From Eledone cirrhosa (taxonomy: Eukaryota), in assembly GCA_964016885.1 (NCBI GenBank), contig OZ024743.1, positions 262,818,001-262,882,000 of the forward strand: DNA of 64,000 bases, in the 5' to 3' direction. The position numbers and the translations under genes were made by a program. Under the pieces are notes generated by a model, which did not search any database, was not told the origin of the DNA, and was given only the letters and a program-made list of their open reading frames with translations. Shown here piece after piece: positions 1-13,260 of this stretch (position 1 is its first letter; each line of letters opens with the position of its first letter).

Positions 1-830
1 TTAATTTAATGCCTCTATAGTTTCCTCTATCTAGTGCATCTCCTTTACCCTTGTTGCAGTTAATGATGCTGCTTCTACGTCAGTCATTTGGTATGACCCC
101 GTCCTGTATGACATGGTTTACTATCCGGGTGACCATGGTGTGTCCCACCGTTCCAGATGCTTTCAGCATTTCAGCAACTATCTCCAAAGGCCCAGCTGCC
201 TTGCCTGTCTTCATATCTTTGATTGCCTTACTTATCATACTACCTTCAACTTGAACTGCTGGTCCCTCTATTGGATCGATGTGGGGCAGACTATCTTTGT
301 CCCGTTTATTCTCCTCATTTAGTAGCCTCTCATAGTGACACTTCCGAGCTACCTTCTTATCAGCGTCAGTGATGGCAAGTACACCATCACCATTATGGAC
401 ACACTTCTCCCTGACAATATCACGGTTTTCCTTGACACATTGCCTAGCAATCCTGAACACCTCACATTTTTGGTCCTCGTGTTGTAGAACATGCTTGAAC
501 TTTCTTTCCTCTGCTTCCCTTCTTGCAAAGTACACTTGTATCCTAGCTTCCCTCCTGGCCACTTGATAGTTTTCTCTACTTCCCCCATCACGCCATACTT
601 TCGAAGCCTGCTTTTTTGCCTTGATTGACTCATCCACCTTACTGTTCCACCACCAAGTTACTCTCCTCCTGCCTATAGGTCTGCTCCAGCCACAGATTTC
701 ATCTGTTGCCTTCAGCAGGTTAACTTTCAGGAATTCCCACTGTTCCTCTATATTGTACGACTCTAATTGCTCTTCCTTACTGTTGAAAGCATCAAGTAAT
801 ATGCTTTTAAATTTGTTACTGGCTGTGGGG
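1..830 (-). mobile_element. RTE-clade LINE fragment (endonuclease-RT linker and RT N-terminus), truncated by the window edge
   Basis: ORF 80..841 has TWWWN, KTGKAAGP..IVAEMLK and IPND; past a stop it continues INCNKGKGDALDRGNYRGIKL, all typical of RTE ORFs. Homologous to 32800-33445. Confidence 0.85.
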
Positions 831-837
831 TCCTTTA

Positions 838-985
838 ACACACTGTATATATATATATCTAGTCAACATCTATACACTCTATATATCTAGCCAAAATCTA
901 TACACTGTATGTATCTAGTCAACATCTATACACCGTACAGATATCTACTCTACATCTATATACTGTATATATATGTAGTCAACAT
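838..985. repeat. Degenerate minisatellite, ~28-30 bp unit (CTAGTCAACATCTATACACTGTATATAT-like), ~5 copies
   Basis: Repeated ctagtcaacatctatacac / catctata blocks read directly. Confidence 0.75.
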
Positions 986-1317
986 GCACGCACACACACA
1001 CATACAAAGAGGCATTCATTTATCAAGATCTCAAGATTTGATCTTTTCTCCTTAAAAAACAAACAAGAAAAAACACAAGAAACTTTTTCCATTAAAATTA
1101 AAATAAAATAATGATAATTATGTATAGAAAAATATGTAATGAGGGATTTTTCTTTTTATGATTTAGTTTCAATGTTTCCTATTGAATAACATTTTATTCT
1201 ATGGAACCAGTCTAGCAATAGAAATTATCTTTGCATGCTTTGAAGTCAGTTTTGATATCAACTTAGAATAGAAATAATCGAAATGGCGGGGTGCTAATTA
1301 CTCAAAGATTAAATCTA

Positions 1318-2278
1318 ATGGATTTTAATGATAATGATGATGATGATTGTAATAGTAGTGCTGTTGTGTATTATGATGATGTTGATGATGATTGTAATAG
1401 TGATGGTGTTGTGTATTCTAATGATGATGGTGATGATGATGATTGTAATAGTGATGGTGTTGTGTATTCTAATGAAGATGTTGATGATGATTGTAATAGT
1501 GATGGTGTTGTGTATTCTAATGATGATGGTGATGATGATGATGATTGTAATAGTGATGGTGATGATGATTGTAATAGTGATGGTGTTGTGTATTCTAATG
1601 ATGATGATGATGATGATTGTAATAGTGATGGTGATGATGATTGTAATAGTGATGGTGTTGTGTATTCTAATGATGATGGTGATGATGATGATGATTGTAA
1701 TAGTGATGGTGATGATGATTGTAATAGTGATGGTGTTGTGTATTCTAATGATGATGATGATGATGATTGTAATAGTGATGGTGATGATGATTGTAATAGT
1801 GATGGTGTTGTGTATTCTAATGATGATGGTGATGATGATGATGATTGTAATAGTGATGGTGATGATGATTGTAATAGTGATGGTGTTGTGTATTCTAATG
1901 ATGATGATGATGATGATTGTAATAGTGATGGTGATGATGATTGTAATAGTGATGGTGTTGTGTATTCTAATGATGATGGTGATGATGATGATGATTGTAA
2001 TAGTGATGGTGATGATGATTGTAATAGTGATGGTGTTGTGTATTCTAATGATGATGATGATGATGATTGTAATAGTGATGGTGATGATGATTGTAATAGT
2101 GATGGTGTTGTGTATTCTAATGATGATGGTGATGATGATGATGATTGTAATAGTGATGGTGATGATGATTGTAATAGTGATGGTGTTGTGTATTCTAATG
2201 ATGATGGTGATGATGGTAATAATAATAGTAATAGTGATGATGTTGTGAGTGATAATGATGATGATAATGATGATGATA

Positions 2279-2314
<36 letters not shown>

Positions 2315-2556
2315 TGTATTTTGAGGATAATAATTACGAGGATGTTAACAGTAATGGTGTTGTGTATTCTAACGATAATGATGAGGATTGTAATAGTGAT
2401 GTTCTTCTGTATTCTAATGATGATGATGATGGTGATGATGATGATAATAATAATAATAATATTCCTCTTGCTGCTGATAATGATAATGATTCTGTTGCTG
2501 CTGTTGTTGATGATGATGATGATAACAACAACAACAACAACTATAATAATGATGAT
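1318..2556. repeat. (GAT)n-derived minisatellite with a 150-bp higher-order unit
   Basis: Sequence at 1561 recurs at 1711, 1861, 2011 and 2161; core GATTGTAATAGTGATGGTGTTGTGTATTCTAAT. Explains ORFs 1291..2604, 1315..2751 and 1328..2248. Confidence 0.92.
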
Positions 2557-2582
2557 TTTAAAATCCAACCTGAATGTGAGAG

Positions 2583-3768
2583 ATCTAGTCACTGCCATGA
2601 ATAACTGGACAATTGCAGTGGATTGATATAGTGCTTCCATTCTCAGGTAGGCTGAAGCAGAAATAGCAAAGTTGGATAGAAAGACAAGAAAGTCAATGGC
2701 AAATATAAACAGATTGTACATGAAGAGAAAGAATGGTGCTAGAAGTCTCATTAATGTGGATTATTGTATTGTATAAAGAGTGAAAAGAGAATACTTGCAG
2801 AATATTTGGTAGACAGTGACAAAGAATTATTGCAATATGTAGCAGAAGATATGGGTATAAATGTAGATTAAATGGCCGGTAAGGAAGATTTTAACCAAAA
2901 AGTTGAAGAGAAGAGAAAAGATCTTCTGGAAATGAGAATGCACGGGCAGTTTGAAAAATATATGCAAGATATCAAGGACAAAACAAGATCATAGACATGG
3001 CTTAAGCAAGGCCATTTGAAGCATGCCACTGAAAGCCTTATAATTGCAGCACATGACCAAGCTCTTTTTACTCATTCTGTGAAGTATAACATCTACAAAA
3101 CGTCTGACACCCAGACTCTGTGGAATAAATATGGAAAACATAATCCCCTAGGTTATTGGATGTGAGAGCCTTGCGCAAAAACAATATAAATGTCACCTTG
3201 ATAAAGTCTGTTTGTACCACTATTGGCTGTTATGTCATAAGTACCAAAAGGAAGTAATAGAGAATTAGTATGAGCATGTGCTTTGTAAAGTAATGCAGTG
3301 GGGTGGCAAAGCAACAGTATTCTGGGATTATGATTTTCAGACTGTTAGAGTAACTGAGCATCGTTGACCGGACATTGTTGTATTGAACAAGAAAGACAAA
3401 TACTGTCAGATCATAGATGTAGCCAAACTATTCTATGTAAAGAGGTTGAAAAAAATCACCAAGTACTCCAAATTGAAAGTGGAGCTGGCAAGACTGTTTG
3501 GAATGCAAGAGAGTAATGTGAAAGTGATACCAGTTGAGATCATGGCATTAGGGTCAATCCTAATGGGACTTCAAAACTTTTTAAAGCAGTTGGGAATACC
3601 ATGCAAGATTGGTGTCATACAAAAATCAGCCATGCTAGGCACTCTGCACATTTTAAGGAAAGTATTATCTGTCTGATGTCCTTGTTGTCACAGATGACTA
3701 AATACACCGGTGCATTTTCCATCTACACTGAGTCATAAAAGAAATAATAATAATAATAATAATAATAA
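2583..3768 (+). mobile_element. R4/Dong-like non-LTR retrotransposon 3' portion (thumb, CCHC region, RLE nuclease), decayed, (AAT)n tail
   Basis: MHGQF at 2938, WLKQGHLK..TESLIIAAHDQAL, WD..FQT, PDIVVLNKK, IIDVA, KYSKLK.EL, LGTLHILRKVLSV*; stops and frameshifts; (AAT)n at 3742-3768. Confidence 0.85.
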
Positions 3769-4260
3769 GCCAGAGTCGGTGATAGAAAACGATCAGGTGA
3801 AGGTGCTATGGGATTTTAGGATACAGATGGACAAGAAATTAGAACACATTAGGCCTGACCTGGTGGTTTTGGACAAGGAAAAAAGATTGTGCCTGGTTGT
3901 AGATGTAGCCTGCCCATTTGACACGAGAGTGCAAGAAAAGGAGAAGGAGAAAATTAACCGATACCAAGACTTAAAGTGGGAGCTAAAAAGGATTTGGAAC
4001 TGCCATGAAATCAAGGTCGTCCCAATTGTCATAGGCACACTAGGTACTATCTCAAAGAGTTTCCAAGGATGATTAAAGAAGGTTAGTCTAGCCCCGCTTT
4101 TTGGAACACTTCAAAAGGCATGCTTGCTGGGAACAGCTAGAACCCTCCGATAAGTCCTGAATATCTGGGGCTGCAGGTAGCGGCATGATATTCATTTCAA
4201 CAAACTTTCCAGTTAAATAACATCAATGACTGAGACTCAAAGAACAATAATAATAATAAT
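3769..4260 (+). mobile_element. Second R4/Dong-like 3' end (RLE domain), different subfamily, (AAT)n tail
   Basis: PESVIENDQVKVLWDFRIQMD..LEHIRPDLVVLDKEKRLCLVVDVACPFD...EKEKINRYQDLKWELKRIW...VVPIVIGTLG is a PD-(D/E)xK restriction-like endonuclease signature. Confidence 0.88.
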
Positions 4261-4436
4261 TGTTTCTACTTTAGGCACAAGGCCAGCAATTATCCCAGGG
4301 TATAACTGGTACTTTATTTTATCGACCCCGTAAGGATGAAAGGCAAAGTTAACCTCGGCTGGATTTGAACTCAGTCCGTAAAGGGACGTAACTGTGCTGC
4401 AAAGCATGGTGTCCGACCCTCTACCGATACTGCCTA
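4255..4436 (-). mobile_element. SINE family B (tRNA-like head, GCCTTTCATCC..GGGGTCGATAAA body, (ATT)n tail)
   Basis: Reverse complement matches the copies at 26013-26200 and 42356-42542; B-box-like GAGTTCAAATCC. Confidence 0.85.
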
Positions 4437-6243
4437 ATAATGATAGTCATGATGATATGAATGTAGATGTTGTTATTGGTGATACTGATTAATATTATCT
4501 CAATATAATCATTACACTTGTATGTATGTGACAGATGTGGAAAGACGGGTAAAAAAAGAGACCGAGAAGGTTTTGATGAGAGGGTTCAGTAGTAACAGTG
4601 TGAGGAAGAAGAAAGTGATAGGCAGAGAGAGAAAGATGTTGTAGGAAGGGTAAGTAACAATATGAGGTCAAAGACAGGGATACCATATACTTGTGTATTG
4701 ATGGTATGGAGTAACACTATGAGGCAGAAGAAAGAGAAAGCTATTTACTTACAGTATATTACTGATATAATCAAACATATTCATACACACACACACATAT
4801 GATATACTGAGAACAGCAGCTGGTGGCCATGGTGCTTGTCGTAAAGTGAAGGAAAAGGAAGACGGTAGTTTACTTTTTTTAATTATATATAAATTTTTTT
4901 TAATTGCCAAATATTTAACAGATGTGCTTTAGTGCAATTGATTGTTGTCAGTTAAACTTAACCTAAATTTCCAATTAGAATAGCTTATTCAATGACAATA
5001 AAGCACAAGGCAAAGCATTTAATAATATAGTGACTTTCCACATCTCGTGTTTAGTTGTAGACAGTTATATATTAAAATATTCTAGGCCAAGGAAAGTAAC
5101 TGACATTTTTGTTAGAGTGGTTTATACCAATAAACAAGGAAAACAAAGGGAAAAACTCTCACTAAAATCATTGTATATAAAGAACTATTAAAATAATAAT
5201 AAAAATTATTATAATGATAATTTATGATCTACTAATTCAAATGATTCAACAATGAAATAACAAATATTGTGTTGTATTTACTAACGACTATGGAATTTCC
5301 AAAGGGTCAGCTAATTCATCTTCCTCTTCTTCTTATTATTATTAAGATAATGGTGATGATGATGTTGTAGTTACGGTTTTATAAAGTATAGATAGATGAA
5401 ATGTATGCAACGACCTCAATATATTGCATGTGTGCGTGTGTATGTATGTACATGTGTATGTGTGGTGTGTAATGTAGCATGATGTTGTGAAGTATCATAT
5501 TACAGTGTAGTAGAGATATATAGTAATAACAGAGAAGTATATTGTATTGAAGTGTAATACAGCACGCTGCATTGTATTGCATTGTTTTGGAATATTACCA
5601 ATATTTTTATGCCTGCAGAGACTAGCTCAAAAGCTAAAGTATTCTAGTATTCATATTTATGAGAAGTGGTTACAGTAGGGCCGAATGGTTAAGAGGCTCG
5701 CTTTGTGATCATATGGTCATGGATTCAATCTGACTATCTGACATCTTTGGCAAATGCCATTTACAGTAGCCCTAGTTTGACTCAAGCTTTGTGATTGACA
5801 CTGACTAAAAAGAAAATGTCTGAAAGTCTATTGGATGAACTGTTAAAATTCTGTTGATGTCAACTTTGTCTTTTATACTTCTAGTATTGATAATTGAAGT
5901 ATCACTCATGTACTGGGCTAAATATAAATCACTATACAGCGGGATCGAATCTTATGTGGTTTTGAACATATAAAGTTGGAAAATATAAAAAAAAAAAAAA
6001 TTTAACATTTGACAATAATGATAAAAATGATTGTCTATAGTGCATAGGTGCACTACAACTCATCAAAGATGCATGTATAGTACATAGAATAATGTACAAA
6101 TGTCAGGAAAGTGAACAGTTTATGACTCATGATATGCACACAGACACACACACACACACACACAAGCATGCATGTGTATGGAGGGAGAATTTCTGTTCCA
6201 CATGAAGCTGTATCACCAAACGTGGGTGAGAAAATTCTAATCC

Positions 6244-6600
6244 CTCTTATAATAATAATAATAATGAAATTGTTGTGTAAAGTGCTCAGGTGCACTACAA
6301 CTCATCAAAGGTGCATGTATAGTACATAGAATAATATACAAATGTCAGGGAAGTGAATAGTGTATGAGTCATGATATACATGTGTGTATATGTATGGAGG
6401 GGGAATATTAGGTGTAGTGTTGGCGAATCTCAGGAAGCATGGAGGTTTTAAAGGATGCAGTGTTTCTGATGCAGGTAGTTTGTTCCATGCTTCAGCAACT
6501 CTGAGCGTGAAAAAATGTTTCCGAAATTCATGGGAACTGTGCTGTTTTCTGACTTTGTGGGCATGCCCACGTATGTTAGACACACTTTTTATGAGTTCTC
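6244..6600 (-). mobile_element. CR1/L2-type LINE 3' end with 3'UTR and (ATT)n tail
   Basis: RGHAHKVRKQHSSHEFRKHFFTLRVAEAWNKLP fits the CR1-group C-terminal RGH..K..R..FF..RV...WN.LP motif. The 3'UTR recurs at ~6040-6140 (-) and 8872-9040 (+). Confidence 0.85.
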
Positions 6601-8635
6601 TTAACTCCCACAGTATCTGATAATGCTTCCTCTAAAACATCAATGTACATAGGCATTTTTATTAAGGTCATTGAACATACACAGTTTTTGAATAACATAG
6701 GTAGGGGAAACCAATTGATTGCGTAAATTGCAAGCCTATTGGCATCATCTCTTCCTGGAAAAAAAAAATTATGATCTTGTACTTGTACCAATGCTGGAAA
6801 TCAATATTAATACTAAATGATTATCAGTTGACAAGTGAACAAGAGACCACTCTATGTGGTAGTTTTACTTGCTAGAAATAGTAGCCACATCATATACCAC
6901 ATATATTTCATATTTTAGAATAGTTACACTGTATTTATGTGTGCCATTAAAAGGTGACTAAAAGGCTTTGTGTCAAGAAGACCATACAGTCATAAAATAC
7001 ATCCTTAAAAAGGCTTGTTCAACCCATTCCAGCATGGCAAAGTAATCAGAAAATCAATGATGATGATGATGACACTCTCCATCAACTCTCATCCTACCAA
7101 CTTAAGAAAAGGAAGAACACATTAGATAATGTAATCTTAGATACAGTATGGGTAAAAATAAGGCAGGATGGAAATAAGACAGGATGAAACACTTGATCAT
7201 ACGTCTACTTATTCAGAGCAGACCTGCGGCTAAACAACAACAACAATCATTTAACTACAGTAACATCATTTAATTAAATTAACATCTACTACAGAGACAT
7301 ATATATATTCAAATTGACTTATTGATACATTTATTTACTATTCCTATCTATTTCACTTTTTCTGCTTTATATATAAACACTTTTTTTGTATTTTTTAATC
7401 GTCGACACTGTTGTGTTGCTGAATATTAGGTCTTTAAATTTGCATGTACAGCATTCCTGACAATAACCAATATGTCTGTGAATTCCCCTCTGGGATTTCA
7501 TTAAATTTGGTTAGGATACACAGAGCAAAACAGAACATTTTGTTATTTTTTTATGCCAGATTGTGATGAAGAGTTTGCAAGGTTGTTAATTGGCAGAGCC
7601 TAAAAAAAAAATACCTTGTAGCATTTGTGCTTGATTTCTATGTTCTAATTTCAAATCTTGCAGAGTTCAACTTTGCCTTTCATCCTTTTGGGGCTGATAA
7701 AATAAGGTAGCAGTCCAGAGCAGTGAGTTGGAGGGATTGTTAAAGCATTGGACAAGATGCCTTGCAGTATTTAGGGCCTTAAAACCTGGGGGGAGTGAGA
7801 AAGGAATCCTCAAACTGGAGATCTGTCCCAAATACTTACACTGAGTGAACTTTGCTAAAGGACCTTAAGGGTGTTAAACTAAGTTTAGCACCCAAGTATG
7901 CTACAGCAAGAAAAAATACTGGCTTCAATCAATAAAATAAAGTACCAGTCAAGTACTGGGATCAATTTAATCAGTTATACTCTCACCAAAACACTTTGAG
8001 AGTGTTATGCCTCTATTAAAAATCAATATTTTTCTTTACCTTGTAAAAGTAAAACTGAAATAAGAAAATAAATAAAACTTTTTCTATTTGATATGATAAA
8101 ATAAAGCTATAGCAATGACAACAAATGAAAAACAACAACATTCTTTCAAAATTTAATATCAATTTCAATTATATTTTGTTTCCCATATGTATTTTTCTTC
8201 ATTATTTGTAAACATTATAATCCAGATAAATATTATATTTTTCTCTCCTTTTTCCTCTTCAATTTGATATTATATATTCATATATTTCAGAGATGAATTA
8301 CTGGTAGAATAATATAATATTTTCCACTTTATTAACCTCCATCATTTGTGTATCTATTCTCACATTGTTTTGGTTCGTATGTTCCCCACCCCAATCAGTT
8401 TTCTGATGCAATATTTCTCTACATAAATACATATTTTTGCATATATTTACTTATATTTGCATAAATTTATTTCTTCCTACACGTGTGCACAAACATGTAA
8501 ATACCCATACAGTAATATACATACATATGTACACTTATATACTTAGATATATTTGCTTATACTTACACGTACATATATATATATATATACTGTACATTGA
8601 TTACGGACATTTCAATTTGAGAATATGGAGTGTTG

Positions 8636-8728
<93 letters not shown>

Positions 8729-8871
8729 GTATATGTTCAAGGAACAGATTCTGGGCTCTTTATAAATCAGCATATAGAGAGAAGTACACATAGAGATATG
8801 TGTTTAAATTATAGGGGATTTAAAACCACCAGAGTGTTGAACATATTAACTATGGATGGAATGGTATAGGA

Positions 8872-9040
8872 CTACACCTGATGTCCCCCTTCCATACACA
8901 TGCACACATGTGCATATCATGACACATGCACTGTTCATTTTCCTGACATTTGTACATTACCCTATGTACTATACATACACTTTTGATGAGTTGTAGTGTA
9001 CCTGAGCACTGTACACAATATTTTCATTATTATTATTATA
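8872..9040 (+). mobile_element. CR1-type LINE 3'UTR fragment with (ATT)n tail
   Basis: Reverse complement of 6250-6420 (tttcctgacatttgtacatt...gatgagttgtagtg.acctgagcact). Confidence 0.8.
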
Positions 9041-9199
9041 AAAAGATGAGTATTGACGTACATGTACGTCAATACACATCTTTTTCCATTTCTTAGTGGG
9101 TTCTAAACCCCACCATCAGGCTAAAATTTCTTTAGTCAAAGTACGGCAAAAGCTTCTATTTCTAATTTCAACTTGCTTGCTGTTTCAAAACATATATAA

Positions 9200-9335
9200 T
9201 GTAGTACAAGAATAACAATACAAACACAGATATGCAATAACACAAAGGCTTATTAGTTTCATGTTTGGGAATGAAGATAAATAAATATTTCAACATATCT
9301 GACATTAGTCCTTCATCAGGAAAGAGCAAAGTTCA
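9200..9335 (-). mobile_element. Penelope-like pLTR remnant with degenerate hammerhead motif
   Basis: Minus strand reads CTGATGA-AGGAC-TAAT-GTCA-GATATGTT (compare the intact motif at 28899), then CATGAAACTAATAAG, which is shared with 26690. Confidence 0.6.
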
Positions 9336-9355
9336 TAGAAAGGGAAGGCTGGAAG

Positions 9356-9386
<31 letters not shown>

Positions 9387-9599
9387 TGGTGTACTTGATA
9401 AGCAGAAAAAGATTAGGTAAGAATTATATATGGTATACTCAATGTAAAATATGAGCACACAAGAGATGAAGTGGGATTGCAGGTAGGATAACAGAAAAAG
9501 TAGACTTTATATGTGGCAGGTGCACAGGGATAGTTGGCAGTAAGGGCCACAGTGAAATAAACTTTTTCCAATCCTAGGAAAGTTTCATAGAAGTGGTTG

Positions 9600-11205
9600 A
9601 TAACTAAAGTTATCTAGGGTGACCTAAGTGGAGGATGTTGCTCTGAAAGCATAGTAGCTAGAATAAGAGCAAAGGGGAAAAACTTCATGCAGCTACTAGC
9701 TCTGTTATGAAAGAAAGAGATTTTCTCCCCGAATGAAGGGTAGATTGTATGATGCCAGCAAGTGAAGTGTGATATTTTATAGTTGTGAGATATGGGCAGT
9801 GAATGCAGAGATATGCAAAGACTGAAGAGAAAGGAGTTGAGCGTGATCACTTAGATATGTAATGTAGATGGATGAACTGAGAGAAAAATAGGGCATAAAT
9901 TAAATCAAATGTAATGTACAAAAGAGAAGATTATGCTGGTATGGACATGTGATATGCATGGAAAAATATATAATGAAAAAATGTCAAGAGTTGCCAGTGG
10001 AAGGAAGCCACAGAAGAGAAAAAGGAAGAAAAATTTGAATAGAGGTGATAAGAATAGATTTCAAAATGCTGAATCTCACAGAAGAATCAAGGAAGGAATA
10101 AAAGTGGGCTGGAGAAGACCTGTCCAACCCATGTAAGCATGGTAAATGATGAGGATAATATACACACACACGCACACACATATATATATACATATGTGCA
10201 TATACAATATATAATAACATGTATACAAATTATGTACGTGCATACATTTATTATGCTAACATATACATATATAATAACATATATATTGAGGGACTAGCTG
10301 TTGAAGCTGATAGCCATATAGCCAACAGCACAGTAAGGGTATAAAGACAGGGATAGTTAATGAAATGCTGAAAATATTCAGTGAAATTTGTCTCAATTTA
10401 GTCAAACACATAGTCAATCAGGCTGTGTAAAGTGTTGTCATCCTCAATAATTTGCACAGCAGTATAATCATCAAGTGCTACAAAGTAAAAGGACATTTTC
10501 TAGAAAGAAACAACTACAGATACATCAAATTGATGGGCTATATAGTTATTGTGAGCTAACTAAAGAAGTTCTTAGCTAAGAACTAGCCACTATGCTTAAC
10601 ATTTGTTGACTTGAGAAAGCCTTTGATGGAGTACCATGCTCTGCAGTCTGGTGATCACTAAAAAGATGTTGGAAGGGATGAATAGCTTATGAGAGCTATG
10701 CAAGTCACGTACAGTGATAACATCAAGAAGATGGGAGTTAGCAGTGATGTCAACAAGGAATTTAACATGCAGGTAGGTGTCTAATAGGACCTGAATTCAA
10801 CCCTTGAGTGTTTGTTATATGTCCCTAGGCTATAGCAAAGGAATTTAAGACTAGATTTCTGAGGGAATATGTTGGTGATATAGTTCTTATAGCTGAATTT
10901 GTTGCAGATTTAGAGAAGGAATTCCAAATACAGAAGCAAAACCTAAAATTGAGATGCTTCAAAGTAAACCTGGCAAAAATGAAGGTTTTTGTTAGTAGGA
11001 AGGAAGACAAGAGTCTGTGAAGTGACCATACACAATATGTAGAAAAATGGTAGGTAGGAATTCTTTATGGTGCACTTAATGTAATCTTTGGGTGCACAAG
11101 TACTGTAGCAGGATCACAGACAGGCTAACAGAAAAGAAGACTTTGTATACAGCAGATGCACAGGAATAGTTAGCAGTTAGAGCACCTATAAAATAAGTTC
11201 TTTAA
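9600..11205 (+). mobile_element. Two decayed RTE LINE fragments (3' end ~9600-10160; RT core ~10270-11205)
   Basis: GGCSESIVARIR, RRLCWYGHV, FVDLEKAFD-like and KVNLAKMKV motifs, with many stops; 3' end ccaacccatgtaagcatgg...gatgag. Confidence 0.75.
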
Positions 11206-11311
11206 ATGCCTGTAAGATAATCAGACAAAAAAAAAAAGAAATTAAAAAAGCATTTGTATATATATACTTACAGAAGAACATTTTTATGTATGGTACATAT
11301 ATTGGCATATA

Positions 11312-12627
11312 CGAGGGGGGATCAAAAAGTTTGCGGAATTTTTCAGAAAATATTCTATTTTTCAAAAAATATGATTTGATACAATTTATTTTTCTACATA
11401 GTTGCCATCCAGTTGCCATCAATACACTTGACAAAGCGATGCTTCCAGCTTCGTAAGCCGTCTCTAAAGAAAGTTGAAGGCCTTGTTCGAAGCCATGTGT
11501 TGGCAGTGTTTTTAGCTTCTTCAACACCACTAAAACGGGTTCCTTTTAGCATTTCTTTGAGTTTTGGAAAGAGGAAAAAGTCTGATGGGGCTAAATCTGG
11601 ACTATAAGGCGGGTGAGGAAGCACTTCCCATCGAAATTCTCGAAGAACTTCTTTTGCAACCGACACAGAATGCGTTGGTGCTTTGTCATGGTGAAACAAG
11701 ATCCCACCATGAAGTTTCCCTTTTCGTTTCTTGACTAATGCCTCTTTCAGCTTCCTTAAAACATTTGCATAGTGAGCTCCTGTCACAGTTCTTTGACCTT
11801 CAAGATAATCTATTAGTATCACCCCATCTGAATCCCAGAAAATGGTGGCCATCACTTTTTGATCCGACTTTTGAGATTTGAACTTGATTGGCCCCGATGA
11901 TCCACGTGGAAGCTGCTGTTTTGACTGCTGTTTGGATTCAGGATCATACTGGTAGATCCAGGTTTCATCTCCGGTGATGATTCTGGTCAGGAAATGCTCT
12001 TCATCAACTTCAATTTTGTTTAATATAGCCAAAGACAGATCACTTCGAAGAATCAGCTGATCAGGGTGAAACGCTTTTGGGACCCATCGCGCTGAAAGCT
12101 TGCTTAGTCCCAAATTATCGTGCAGAATTGAATTTGCCGAACCATATGAAATGTCTAGGGACTTAGCTAACTGATTAACTGTTATTCTTTGATCTTCTTC
12201 AATTAAAATCTGAGCAGCCTCAACGTTTTGGTCATATTTTGATGTTCCTAGTCTTCCACTGTGATGGTCGTCTTCAAGGTCGTCTCTCCCTTGTTTGAAT
12301 CGCTGAATCCATTTGTAGACAGCAGTTTTCTTTGGAGCAGTAGTACTGTAAACTTTAACTAAAGCCTCCATAATCTGTGTCCCTTTCCATTTGAGTTTCA
12401 CCAGAAACTTGATATTCGATCTTATCTCAAAATAACTATTTTCCATTTTTCCAAAAAGAGGTTGTTTAAAGAGTGTCAGTACTGTACTATAGTCCACGCA
12501 TAACTGAGTGCAAGTGACTAATAGCAAGGTAAACACCCAGTGACAATGTTCTGACATGTTTAATATTGTTTTAATCTATTTTTTTCTTACTACAATAAAA
12601 TTCCGCGAACTTGTTGATGCCCCCTCG
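11312..12627 (-). mobile_element. Full-length mariner (Tc1/mariner, DD34D) transposon with TA target-site duplication
   Basis: Left end TA|CGAGGGGGGATCAAAAAGTTTGCGGAATTTT; right end (reverse complement) TA|CGAGGGGGCATCAACAAGTTCGCGGAATTTT, 3 mismatches; length 1316 bp. Confidence 0.96.
11394..12446 (-). CDS. Mariner transposase (DD34D), essentially intact, last ~8 codons frameshifted
   Basis: Likely start MENSYFEIRSNIKF; two HTH regions; WVPK; TGDETW; FHHDKAPTH; YSPDLAPSDFFLF; 34 residues between the second and third Asp. Confidence 0.9.
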   Translation of the reverse strand: MENSYFEIRSNIKFLVKLKWKGTQIMEALVKVYSTTAPKKTAVYKWIQRFKQGRDDLEDDHHSGRLGTSKYDQNVEAAQILIEEDQRITVNQLAKSLDISYGSANSILHDNLGLSKLSARWVPKAFHPDQLILRSDLSLAILNKIEVDEEHFLTRIITGDETWIYQYDPESKQQSKQQLPRGSSGPIKFKSQKSDQKVMATIFWDSDGVILIDYLEGQRTVTGAHYANVLRKLKEALVKKRKGKLHGGILFHHDKAPTHSVSVAKEVLREFRWEVLPHPPYSPDLAPSDFFLFPKLKEMLKGTRFSGVEEAKNTANTWLRTRPSTFFRDGLRSWKHRFVKCIDGNWMATM

Positions 12628-12959
12628 TAGATCGAATTAGCACCAGTGGAACAAAATAATGGTGTAGCAGATGAAATTTATAGCTGGTTACACTTAGCTG
12701 TTGGCATCCAATTTGTTAGATTGTGCAGACGTTGATAATCTGTTTTAACTTCTATTTCTATCTATGTGATTGATTAGCATTGGTGGTAGGAGAGAGAAGG
12801 AAGTCTATTCAATAAATATTATTAAAAATAATGACTGTATTATATTTGTTACATTGGACACAACAAACACTTTAAGGTCATTTTCCCTGCCAAAGCAGGA
12901 TTTAACTTTTTGGGCCCCTTGACATGAGTCTCCATTTCCCCATATTGTCTATATTCCCC

Positions 12960-13260
12960 CCACTGAATCACCTGGTATTAATTTCCTCCTCCAACAACTT
13001 TAACCATGTCTTTTGAGGTTTTCCCCTTCCTCTACTTCCTTCTACATTCATTTCCATCACTCTTCTCACTCAGTTACTTTTATCTTTCCTTAACTCATTC
13101 CATTTCTCTTCACAAATTCATCAATGACTCTATTCCTCTCACCCAGTCACTTTTACTCTTCCTCAACACATGACCCAGCCATTTCATTCCATTTCTCTTC
13201 ACAACAGTCACCACAGGCTCTATTTCCATCATCCTATACAATTCATATTTGCTACATTAA
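12960..13260 (-). mobile_element. Decayed RTE-type LINE 3' end
   Basis: Minus strand encodes VVKRNGMKWLGHVLR and RSRRGKPQKTWLK; related to 50590-50850 (+). Confidence 0.65.

Noticed and set aside
11266-12745. Minus-strand exon interrupted by the mariner (GTAAGT donor at 11271)
   Set aside because: After removing the element in silico all three frames hit stops and no good acceptor is seen.
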